The notes under the pieces are model-generated. The model did no database searches, had not been told where the DNA came from, and was given only the letters and a program-made list of their open reading frames with translations. The position numbers and the translations under genes are program-made. Below, in pieces: positions 25,906-36,526 of a DNA stretch of 50,867 nucleotides; position 1 is the first letter of the stretch, and each line of letters begins with the position of its first letter. The DNA comes from Chiloscyllium plagiosum (lineage: Eukaryota). The stretch lies in assembly GCF_004010195.1 (NCBI RefSeq), contig NC_057752.1, positions 3,102,222-3,153,088 on the forward strand, written 5' to 3'.

Positions 25906-26514
25906 GAGTCTAAAGATGCTCACAGCTGTTCATCAAGCCACTTCAAAACTTTATTACTGGAGGAGGTTGTGGGAGAGCAGGGGAGGGAGGGAAAGAGAGA
26001 CTGGGACAAAGTAGATTGAAAGAACAGAGGAATTAAAGTCTGAAACAAAAATAGAGGGATGAGGGGCCAGTAATTACATCAAAACTCTCTGGAGGAAGCT
26101 ACAATTTAAACTGTTTTTTTTTCAAAAATAAAAAGATGCTGTTGGTTTATAATCTTTTCTTGAGCTGAGTGCAAGTAAGGACTTTCGTTTTCAGTTCAGA
26201 ACTCATTTATTAGATATGAAACAAGGGTCTGCAAAGGCATTACGGTTGTGGACAGCACGGTGGCCATAACGTCATTCACACCACTGCTGGCTCCACCCTT
26301 GGACATAACCAAGTCCCTTCCCCATGTGACAATGGAAATCCCCAATGTATCTTTCACCCCGAAATACTCTAGGTGACGTTTCAAAGTCCTGAGTCATTGT
26401 AAAGTACGTTTGCCTCTGAAAAATTTAAAAAAAAGAACAGAATTCTAAAAAGGTATCTCAGCCAAAGACTGGCCACAGCTCAACTGCAAGATCTACTTGT
26501 GCACAAGTAAGTAT

Positions 26515-26930
26515 AGAAGTAAAGGACTGGCAGTTACATAGCAGCTTTCACAACCACCAGAAATCTCAAAATGCTTTACAGCCAATTACAAACTCTATTT
26601 TTTTGAAGAGTACTCACAGTTTTAAATGTCAGGGAAAAGGGCAGCCAATTTGAGTACAGGAAACTCCCACAAGCAGCAACCTGATAACGACTGGATTACT
26701 TGATTGTGCTATTGAGGAATAAATATTTCTTTGAACTCTGCATAGAACTCCTTCAACAGTGCCCTGGGATCTCTCATATCCACCTATCTCCTCAGGGAAA
26801 AGACAGCATATTTGACAGTACAGCATTGCAGTGGACCATTGGCCTCAATGTTTGTGCTTAACCTTGAATGTGAGATTTAAACCTAGGGCCTTCTGAATCA
26901 GGGATACGGCTGCTACCTACTAAGCCATGA
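26515..26930 (-). mobile_element. Deu-domain SINE (SacSINE1/AmnSINE1-like), degraded
   Basis: GCTTTACAGCCAAT..TTTTGAAG..GGCAGCCAATTTG..CTCCCACAAGCAGCAA, matching the Deu-domain pattern and the copy at 27062-27670. Confidence 0.65.
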
Positions 26931-27061
26931 GGGTATGTTCTTGGTAGCATAATGAAATCTCCAACAGAGAAAGATTATTTCCCCTTTCATCATTCAGCAT
27001 TTAATGGGTAAAGTAAGCTGACGGGAATAGAAACTTTGAGTCAAGCAAGAGTGTGAAAGAA

Positions 27062-27670
27062 CATTCATTAATATAGCACCTTTCACAACCTCAGGATGCA
27101 CCAAAGCACTTTACAGCCAGTGAAAGCACTTATGAAACAAACAGTCCCTGCTTTAATGTCAAAAACACAGCTACCTCCTACCAACAGCAATGCAGTCATG
27201 ACCAGATAACCTCGGAGAAAGTGAGGACTGAGGATTCTGGAGATCAGAGTCAAAAAGTGTGGTGCTCGAAAAGCACGGCCGGTCAGGTAGCATCCGAGGA
27301 GCAGGAGAGTCGACGTTTCGAGCATAAGCTCTTCATGCTCAAAAAGCCCCTCATTCCTGATGAAGAGCTCACTCTTGAAACGTTGACTCTCCTGCTCCTC
27401 GGATGACCAGATAGCCTGCTGAGTGAAGTTAATGGGGAGGTATTAATTTGCCCATGGCTCTCTTTCTGCTCCTTGTTCTTCTTTAAAAATAGATCCATAG
27501 GAATTTTGTACGTCCACCCAAGAAGGAAGGCAGGACACTGGCTCAATGGGTCATCTGAACGTCAGCACCTTGAACAGCTCCCTCAGCACAGCACAGTGCT
27601 GGAGTCTGAGCTTTGATTTTGCACTCAGAGTGGGACATGAGCCCACAACCTTCGGATTCAGTGTCACCAA
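27062..27670 (-). mobile_element. Deu-domain SINE, interrupted by a Penelope-derived palindrome
   Basis: ATATAGCACCTTTCACAACCTCAGGATGCACCAAAGCACTTTACAGCCA..ATGACCAGATAA; tRNA-like head GAGTGGGACATGAGCCCACAACCTTC at ~27630-27655. Confidence 0.7.
27213..27402. mobile_element. Partly palindromic Penelope-derived insert with hammerhead-like motifs
   Basis: CATCCGAGGAGCAGGAGAGTCGACGTTTC..CTGATGAAGAG..GAAACGTTGACTCTCCTGCTCCTCGGATG; 15-bp TSD ATGACCAGATA(A/G)CCT (27198-27212, 27403-27417). Confidence 0.8.
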
Positions 27671-27878
27671 CTGAAAGATAGCTGCCGCTTCCAAGATTAT
27701 CAGGTGAACCAGCTGTGCACCCAAAATAACAACTGACAAATGGAAATGTAAAAGCTGAAAGCAGGTTGGAAGTGCAGACAGTTGGAGGTTCAGCCTTTGG
27801 TGTACATGCCAGGGGCTATCACAAGGATGGATAAGATCACTGGCACTCTCCCTCACCTCAAGTTACTTCCTAAAACCA

Positions 27879-28007
27879 GCCAAGTCCCATAATGCACCAG
27901 TCTCTCTGCAACTACACCAGGAAGGTCACATCTCGTCCCAGAGGCCAAGTCCCATAATGCACCAGTCTCTCTCCGCAGCTACACCAGGGGTCACATCTCG
28001 TCCCAGA
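27879..28007. repeat. Tandem duplication, ~65-bp unit x2
   Basis: GCCAAGTCCCATAATGCACCAGTCTCTC..GGTCACATCTCGTCCCAGA starts at 27879 and again at 27944. Confidence 0.92.
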
Positions 28008-28549
28008 CGCTTTTGTACGTAATCCAGGCCAATACTTCAGTGCTGCAGTGTCAGAGATGCTAACTTTCAGGCAAGGTATTAAAGCAAGGCCCCTACCTGC
28101 CTCCCACAACTGCTCTCCTGGGCACTTCTCCCGGGGGTCCAGGCTGGTGTCAATCCCTCAACCATCAGGCCTGATCAATTTATCCTTAGGATTGTCTGTG
28201 GGATTGTACTGTGTGTAAATGGGTTGCTGGAGTGGGAACTGAACCTGCAACCTCCAGCGGTGTGTCAGAGGCCTGTACCTAACCACATTGCAGTGCTTTG
28301 GCAGCCATTTTAAAGTGGATCCCAGCCTACGATACACACAATAGTGTCACCACCTCATCATGGATGGCTCTGTGCCGTTTCTCTGCCGACATAGCACTGA
28401 CCTAATGTAGACACCAAGGGATTAACTGATGCCAATTCTTCAGTGCCAACTTCATCATTGTTTAAGCAATGGAACCCACTCCCTTAAAAACCAACCTCAA
28501 CGAGGATCCCGATTATAGTGAGTGGAGTGCAGAATCTACAAGGACACAC

Positions 28550-28738
28550 AAGGTAGAAGTTGCCATTGTCCCAGACGGCTACTCTCTCATGAGGGTGGTT
28601 TAAACCGGAGGGTCTCAGGCAGACGGGGGGCAAGTTGAGAGGGCAGGGCCTTCATTCAACCTCGGCCGGTGGTGGCAATTGAACCTATGCTGTTGGCATC
28701 ACTTGGCACCGCATGCCAGGTGCCCAACCGAGCTAACA
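28550..28738 (-). mobile_element. Degraded tRNA-derived SINE (non-HE1)
   Basis: Minus strand begins GTTAGCTCGGTTGG (A-box-like) with GGTTCAATTGCC (B-box-like). Confidence 0.45.
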
Positions 28739-28817
28739 AACCCCTCTCTTGGGACAGCATGCCCTGGGCATCATGCAAGTAAGACAGTGGCTCACACCAG
28801 TGTTTGAAAGAAGAGTT

Positions 28818-29130
28818 GATTAGATTACAGTGTGGAAACAGGCCCTTCTGCCCAACAAGTCCATACTGACCCTCCGAAGAGTAACCCACCCAGACTCATT
28901 TTCCTTCCATTTCCTTCTGACTAATGCACCCAACACTATGGACAATTTAGCACGGCCAATTCACTGAACCTGCACATCTTTGGACTGTGGGAGGAAACCG
29001 CAGCAAACCCACGCAGACACGGGGAGAACGTGCAAACTCCACACAGACGGTTGCCCCAGGCCAGAATCGGGCCCGGGTCCCCTGGCGCTGTGGGGCAGCC
29101 GTGCTAACCACTGAGCCGCCGTGCCGCCCC
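28818..29130 (-). mobile_element. Full-length HE1-type V-SINE, ~42 nt inside the ASIC intron, same strand as the gene
   Basis: GGGGCGGCACGGCGGCTCAGTGGTTAGCAC head, V-domain, GTAATCTAATC tail. Confidence 0.92.
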
Positions 29131-29171
29131 AAGGCAGCAGGAGTCTGGTGTTGAGGGAGAACGGGACTTAC

Positions 29172-29774
29172 CACCGTGAAGTTCTCAGGACCACATTCCT
29201 CCATCCGGTACCGACAGTCCTTCAGCATGTCCTCCAACTGATGACTAGTCCGGTTGAACAACTCGTACATGCTGTAGGGGGCACCGTCGTTCCTGACCGG
29301 GGGCGCCAGCTGGAACCCTGGATCCATGCCCTTGGTGTATCCCATCAACGAGCCGGCCAAAGCCAAGTCCATGGATGTGATCTTGGAGCGCCGGAAGCGG
29401 TTGAAGTTGCAGAGGGTCACCGCCGGGAAGAACAGGAAGGGGCTGTCCATCTCGTCGAGAGCCGTGATATGATGGTACTCCAGATAGTACATGACCCGGT
29501 CCATCACCTGGTACAGAAAGATGGCGAGGGAAGACAGGAACGCGCAGCCCCACAAGACTTGCCGGACACCACAGCCTCCTTTCACAAAGATGTGGCCCAT
29601 CCCATGCAGGTTGGAATTGGCAGCAAACTCAGCCAGGCTGACCCCAGTGGACTGGTGGTCTTCCGCATGGCCGTCCTCTTCAGAAAACTGATCAAACCTC
29701 TCCTCCCTTCTCCTCTCCTCTGCTTTCTCATCGTCGGCAGCGAAAGAAATAGTGCAAAAAATCTGGACTGGCAT
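29172..29774 (-). CDS. ASIC1: Acid-sensing ion channel (DEG/ENaC family), b-type first coding exon, 201 codons: N-terminus, TM1 and first part of the ectodomain; most like ASIC1b (paralogue assignment less certain than family)
   Basis: ATG at 29774 with A at -3; MPVQIFCTISF N-terminal motif; pre-TM1 LHG..HIF; TM1 LWGCAFLSSLAIFLYQV; YYLEYHHITALDE; FPAVTLCNFN; DPGFQLAPP; HQLEDML..C....CGPENFTV, then phase-0 donor GTG|GTAAGT (29171-29166) at the position where ASIC b exons join (V)FTRYGKC. Confidence 0.93.
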
Positions 29775-31064
29775 TCTGAATCCGACGGGAAGCTGCTGTT
29801 GTAAATTCCAAAATTTGTTTTTTTTTTAAAAAGTAGCAGTTCGTTTGCACACATTTAAAAAAAAAATGTTCTGCTTTCAAAATAAAGTGCAGATCTGAGG
29901 TAGAAAAATAGCTAAACTGACACAATACAATTCAAAAGGTAGAAAAGAAACCATGCATTCCATGCTGCAGAAAGTTAAGAAGGCAATGGATATGAGCTCA
30001 AGCTGTCTCTGTTGTACAATAAGTGCCAGTCAGCTCCACTGAAGAAGTGCTGTGTGTGATCACATTGCCAGAGTACTGAAGCCAGGATGATGAGCAGACT
30101 CGGCCTGCTCAATAATTTATCAGGAGCCCGTCCCAACGAACGACAGGGAGGACTTTTGTCAGTGGATCTGGGGCTGCTGCCTGATCACTGAGTCCTGATC
30201 CACCAGTCGATTGCAAGCACAGAAACTCTCATGACAACCTTAGACCTCTGACGCACACTCTCTTTCTAAACAAGCACTGCGAGGCATTTCTTATCTTCCA
30301 GCTATTAGCAGCGAGAGAAAAAAAAGCAGCAGAGCAGGACGTGTTAAGAGAGAGAGAGAGCAAAAGCCAGTCTCTCATCGCCGTTCCCACTCTTCTCTGC
30401 CTCACTCAAAATAGCCTCAGCGAAAGAGTTCAATCTTTTTAATGAGTCAAAATTTGAAAGGTGATGGATCAGCCTCTCACTGCAATTGAGATTTATTATC
30501 CTGCAATTGACTAATTTGACGGCCTTTTCACTGGTGGGTGGGGGACTGTGGGTTTTGAGTAATGAGTGCCCAAGTGCCAAGATCAAGCATATTAAAGAAA
30601 CTTTATTGAAAGCAGCAGCTCAACCGAGTGTTAGCAACAATTGAAGCGCTGAATTTGATTTATACCGAGCTGTCAGCATCAATTACAAACTAACACACGC
30701 CAGGGGAGGCTCAGCCCGCACACGGGGGTTCCAATCCAAAACCTGCTCCAAACGGAAAGTTCAGCCCCGAGTTTCCAACAACATTAAACAGCCACAAAAG
30801 CAGCACCTTCCTCACCAACACAGCAGGCATGCAGCTGCTCTACCAACACTGTCCCCCTCACCCCCCACCCCGGATCGCACAGCTTAACCCTGAACAGGCC
30901 GAATGTTTCGTGCTCGGGCAGAAATCGTGGCTGCATTGAAATGGCGCCACCTGTGGGACAGTCTGCGGATCGGCCATTGGACTCAGGAGCCACGATGGAC
31001 TTAGGAGTTATTTCAGAACCTGGAGAGGAAGCAAGCCCGAGGTGGATTCCGGAGTTGAGAGGGG

Positions 31065-32215
31065 TTTGGCTTCTGAGGGGAGACTGAGTAGACTGGGACT
31101 ATGTTCATTGGAATTCAGAAGACTGAGGGGGGGGGAATCTTATAGAAACATATAAAATTATGAAGGGAATAGATAAGATAGAGATAGCGAGGATGTTTCC
31201 ACTGATGGGTGAAACTAGGACAAGAGGGTGTAACCTCAAGGTTAGAGGGAGCAGATTGAGGACTGAATTGAGAAGGAACCCCCAGAGGGTTGTGAATCTA
31301 TGGAATTCCTTGCCCAATCAGCCATGATCTTGGTGAATGGTGGAGCGGGCTCAAAGGGCTGGATGGCCTACTCCTGCTCCTTATTCTTATGTCATCCTTG
31401 ATCCTGACAGACTGCAAACAACGGGCTTTGGAAATATAGAATACAGCAGTAGGCCATTCGGCCCGACGAGCTTCTTTCCCCAGTCAACCTGATCCTGGCT
31501 GATCATCCAACTGTTCCCACTTTATCCCCAACACCCTTTGATCCCTGCAGCCCTAAGAACTATAGCTAATTCCTTCTTGGAAACTTTCAAGGGGAGGAGA
31601 TTCACTAGGTTGATTCCGGAGTTGATTCCGAGTTGCCTGATGAGGAGAGATCGTGTAGACTGGGATTATATTCATTGGAATTGAGAAGAATGAGGGGGGA
31701 ATCTTATAGAGACAGATCAAATGATGAAGGGAATAGATCCGATCAAAGCAGGTCGATTGTTCCCATTGGTGGGGCATACCCTCAAAATACCGGGGAGCAG
31801 GTTTAGGGCTGAGTTAGGGAGGAGCTTCTTCCCCCAAAGGGTTGTGAATCCGTGGAATTCCCTGCCCAGTGAAGCTGTTGAGGCTACCTCACTGAATGTT
31901 TTTAAGATGAAGATAGATTTGTGAACAGGGAAGGAGTTAAGGGTTACAGTGAAAGGGTGGGTAAGTTGAACTGACCATGATCTTAGTGAATGGTGGAGCG
32001 GGCTGGAGGGGGTCAGATGGCCTACTCCTGCTCCTGTAATGGTTAGGCCTCAACCTGTTTCCTGTGGCAAAGAATTTCACAGGCTCGCCACTCTCTGGGC
32101 AAAAAAACATTCTCCTCATCTCAGTCCTAAATGACCTTTACCCTTAGCTGGTGACCCCCGGTTCAGGATTCCCTGGCCAACGGTAACATCCTCCCTGCAT
32201 TTACTCTTCCTATTA
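31065..32215. mobile_element. Mosaic of CR1-type 3' fragments in both orientations
   Basis: + fragments ~31065-31390 and ~31635-32037 (FFPQRVVNPWNSLPSEAVEA); - fragments ~31435-31610 and ~32060-32210. Confidence 0.75.
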
Positions 32216-32655
32216 TAATACAATCAGAAATATTGACTCGGTTTCTCTTCCCACAGATGACGCTGTTAATTATTTTGAGATTCCCACCCACCTTGCCCTC
32301 AGTTCCTGCATGGCTGCGGGTTCCTACAGGACTGACCTGCAGGAAAACATGGAACTTCTGACATGGAAGCGAGAAAGGGATAGAAAATGTGGAAATATAG
32401 ACACATGATCTTAAAGAAATAGGTGCTTCTTCCTTACTGGAGCAGTCAATCAGACTATGTTGCAAAGAAGGGGGCGACACTAGCGTCCAACAGTGCACTG
32501 TTAAGTACAAGAAGGATCATCTTCTGATTTAATGAATGGTTTCATGTGGAATTTACAGCAGAGAAACAGGCCATTTGGCCCAACTGGTCCATGACAGCGC
32601 TTATGTCCCACATGAGAATCCTTCCAACTCAAGTGACCATAACCTCCCACAACAA

Positions 32656-32955
32656 GGGCGGCATGGTGGCTCAGTGGTTAGCATGCTGCCTCAGGGTCCC
32701 AGGTTCGATTCCAGCCTCGGGTGACTGACTGTGTGGAGTTTGCACATTCTCCCCGTGTCTGCGTGGGTTTCCTCCGGATGCTCCGGTTTCCTCCTACAGT
32801 CCAAAGATGTGCAGGTCAGGTGAATTGGCCATGCTAAATTGCCCATAGTGCATTAGTCAGAGGGGAAATGGGTCTGAGTGGGTTACTCTTCGGAGGGTCG
32901 GTGTGGACTGGTTGGGCCGAAGGGCCTGTTTCCATACTGTCGGGAATCTAATCTA
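32656..32955 (+). mobile_element. HE1-type V-SINE
   Basis: GGGCGGCATGGTGGCTCAGTGGTTAGCA head to GGGAATCTAATCTAA tail. Confidence 0.92.
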
Positions 32956-33214
32956 AAAAAACAGTTTTCAGGATCATGAATCTATGTTACACTTTCGCCA
33001 CATTCAGTTTCATGCTCTCTTGCTGAGGCCCACTGCCCACTGCCCAACATAATCAGGGATCTGCTCAGCTGTCACTGATGTCAATGACTGGCAGTCAAAA
33101 TCAAAAAGGTCACAGCTTGAAAACACCTTGCAGTTGTTGGAAGTTGGAACAAAGATAGAAATGGCAACAGGTCAGGGAGACAGAGAGTTAGGATCGATGG
33201 CCTGTGCTCAGAAC

Positions 33215-33415
33215 TCTCATGAAAAGGTCACTGAACCCGAAACGTTAACTCTGTGTTTTTCTCTCTGCAGATGCTGCCAGACCTGCTGAGTTTCTCCAGC
33301 CACTTCTGTTTTCCTTTCTGATGGAAAGGTCACTGAACCCAAAACGTTAACTCTGTTTCTCTCTCTCTCTCTCTCTCCACAGATGCTGCCGAGTTTCTCC
33401 AGCAATTCCTGTTTA
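33215..33415 (+). mobile_element. Tandem pair of ~100-bp Penelope-derived units with degenerate hammerhead motifs
   Basis: AAGGTCACTGAACCC(G/A)AAACGTTAACTCTG..CAGATGCTGCC..GAGTTTCTCCAGC twice; related to 14976-15078. Confidence 0.7.
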
Positions 33416-33724
33416 CAATTTGACATAGTCTCCTATTCCGTTCTCCCTCACGTACTTACCTGGCATCTCTTTAAATATACTCGCATTAACTATTCCCTGT
33501 GGTAGCAAATTCTATATTCCCACCACTCTCCGAGTAAAGAGGTTTCTTCTGAACTGAATGCTAATTTAATCGTGGTTAATTTATACCGTTGCTAATTCAT
33601 ATTGGTGGTCAATGGTTTGTTCTCTCTCAGGAGCAGAAAGCTGCCTCTATGTTTGCCCTGACAAATCCCTTGATAACTTTAGAGACCTCTTTTGCATCAC
33701 CCTCTGAGCCTTGTCCATCCTAAA

Positions 33725-34332
33725 GGATTTTGCCGGGTATGGAAGGTTTGAATTATAAGGACAGATTAGATTAGATTAGATTAGATTCCCTACAGTGTGG
33801 AAACAGGCCCTTCGGCCCAACCAGTCCACACCGACCCTCTGAAGAGTAACCCACTCAGACCCATTTCCCTCCGATGAATGCAGGCATTTTAGCATGGCCA
33901 AATCACCCAACTTGCACATCGTTGGACAAGCTGGGACTTTTTTTCACTGGAGCGCAGGAGGTTGAGAGGCACCCTTATAGAGATTTATAAAATCATGAGG
34001 GGTATAAACCGAGTTATTGGCAGTTGTCATTTTCCTAGGATGGGAGATTTCAAGACTTGGGAGCACATTTGAGAGGAGAGAGATTTTACAAAAGACATGA
34101 GGGGCAATTTTTTTTACACAGCAGGTGGTTCATGTGTGGAACGAATTTCCTGAGGAAGTGGTGGATGTGGGTACATCTACAATGTTAAAAAGACATTTGG
34201 ATAAGGACATGAACAGGAAAGGTTTGGAGGGATATGGGCCAGGAGCAGGCAGGTGGGACTAGTTTAGTTTGGGGATTATGGTCAGCATGGACTAGTTGGG
34301 CCGAAGGGTCTGTTTCTGTGCTGTATGACTCT
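33725..34332 (+). mobile_element. CR1 3' fragment with an inverted 3'-half HE1 SINE nested at ~33763-33927
   Basis: CR1 sequence breaks at TATAAGGACAG and resumes at TTGGACAAGCTGGGA; (GATTA)n SINE tail and body lie between. Confidence 0.85.
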
Positions 34333-35037
34333 AAAGTGCTAGCCTATTCGGTCTTCCCTGACATAACCTTCTCAGTCCCAAGATCATGAATTTACAGTAC
34401 ATCATCTCCACATTCAGTTTAATGTTCTCATGGTGAGGCCCACTGCCCACTGCCCAATACAATCAGGTATCTGCTCAGCTGTCAGTGAAGCCAATAATTG
34501 GCAGTCAAAATAAAGGAGGCCACAGTTTGAAAATGGCGCGAGCTAAACAGGACACAACTGTAAACAGAGAGAAAAGGGACAGTGAACACGATTATCCATG
34601 AGTGAATTTGACCTCTGCGTCACTCCGAGTATAAGAACATAAGAACTAGGAGCAGGAGGAGGCTCTTCAGCCCCTTGCAACTACGTCCCCATTCAACAGG
34701 ATCATGGCTGATCTACCTCAACACCACCTTCCTGCCTTATCTCGATATCACTCCGTTTCCTCAGTGGCTAAAAACTCTGAGTCTTAAATGTATTTAACGA
34801 TGGAGCAGCCGTGATCCTCTGGGCAAGAGAATTCCAAAGACTCACAACCCTCCGCAAAGACTCCTCTCTTTCGGTCCCTAATCATGAGGCCGTGGCCTCT
34901 GTGTTCTAGATATTCCAGGCAGCAGGAGCAACTTGCTTTGTCAAGCACCACCTCCTCCCTCCTCCCGCACCCCCCTTCCCGAAGGACATCGTGCAACTCA
35001 GTGAGGTCACTTGGAAAGCTCAATAACATGTCAAACC

Positions 35038-35318
35038 ATGGTGGCTCAGTGGTTAGCACTGCTGCCTCACAGCGCCAAGGACCTGGGTTTGATTCCAGCC
35101 TCAGGTGACTGTCTGTGTGGCAGTGCTCTGGTTTCCTCCTACAGTTCAAAGATGTGCAGGTTAGGGTGAATTGGCCATGCTAAGTCCAGGGATGTGTAGG
35201 TTAGGTGCATTAATCAGGGCTAAATGTCGGGGAATGGGTCTGGGTGGGTTACTTTTTGGAGGGTCAGTGTGGATTTGTTGGGCCGAAGGGCCTGTTTCTA
35301 CACTGTGGGGATTCTATG
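35038..35318 (+). mobile_element. HE1-type V-SINE with internal deletion
   Basis: Head and tail intact; V-domain shortened. Confidence 0.88.
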
Positions 35319-36526
35319 AAGTCGAACCGAACCGAAAGAGGACTTGCATTTGTGTAGCGCCTGCCATGACTGTCGGCTGCCTCCAAAAGCGCTTCACAGG
35401 TGATATGACATAGGAAGCACAGCTGTCAATTCACACTCCCACAGGTGTGGGCTAATCCGGTTCTTTGGAAGTTGATGGAGAGGTCAAACATCATCTGGAA
35501 CACAGAGAAAAATGCCCCTATTCTTCTTTGCCATGCACCAGAGCGCGTGGAGAGGGCCTTGGATTGATGTGTCAACCAAAAGGCAGCACCTCCCTCAGTA
35601 CTGCGCTGGAGCAGGGCTTGAATCCATTAGAATGCCCCAAACAGTGCCCCCTCCTGGATTGGAGAACACACGCAGATGTCAAGTCAACTTTGTCCTCCTG
35701 AAGTCAAAACAGTCCAGCTAAACGTGGCCACCAGAAAGATGGATAATTGTACCCAGTGAGAGTCGACACTTCCAGCACAGGAATGGGACAGCAAATTGGA
35801 AAAAGAACAACGGAAGAGAAGTGAAAAGAGATGACACAGTATTTAATCAAATTCCCTTGTTTCCTTTCTCTGAACAGCAGATAAATTGGCCTACATTAAG
35901 TAAATCCACAAGGACAAAGTAAACAAGATAACATTCGATGGATGACTGATGTTAACAAAGTTCTGGGCTCTGCTGCACAGGAGATGTAGATCAGCAGAAA
36001 AAGGCAAGTGATCAGGACTTTTGGAATGGAAAGTTGGGGGTGGGAAGTTCAAAGGAGGGACGTGGCTTCCTCTGTCCAGGGTGAAGCAACATAAACAGAT
36101 TTGGAGCATTAACCCTGGCAGGATATTGGGGTATCTGATTTCTTGTTCGATTCGGTGTTTTCAGGTAACCTGAGACAGCTATTGTTAACAGACGATATGA
36201 TGAATCATGGAAAAACAAGAACAGGACTGCGCAATCAATGCTGCGCAAAACTCATGGCAGAACACTGATGAAAAGTTGCAATGCTTCTTCACAGTTTGAG
36301 GGTAACTCGTCTGGTTTGGCCATCCAGTGTTGCCGGGCAACGGAAAGGGCCGCTTACTCTTCGAGTCAAGGCCTCACACTTTGAGGCCCACAAAGCCGGC
36401 ATATTTCTTCATTGTTGAGGCTTTCATGCTGTTCAAATCGACATCCTACCTTCTCAAGGACAATTCGGGATGGGGAAAAGGTCCTGGCCTTGCCAGCAAT
36501 GGTCATCACCCACAAAGGGCAAAGAA

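Larger units (their letters stand above)
32972..34533. repeat. Dispersed direct repeat: 152-bp copies at 32972-33123 and 34382-34533
   Basis: Ungapped manual alignment, offset 1410, 25 mismatches (~84% identity). Confidence 0.9.

Noticed and set aside
28947..29171. C-terminal 74 aa of the 275-aa ORF as part of the ASIC protein
   Set aside because: ASIC similarity stops at ENFTV, a consensus GTAAGT donor follows, and the remainder is intron plus HE1 SINE
29121..29804. 227-aa plus-strand ORF
   Set aside because: Antisense shadow of the ASIC exon; no recognisable protein features
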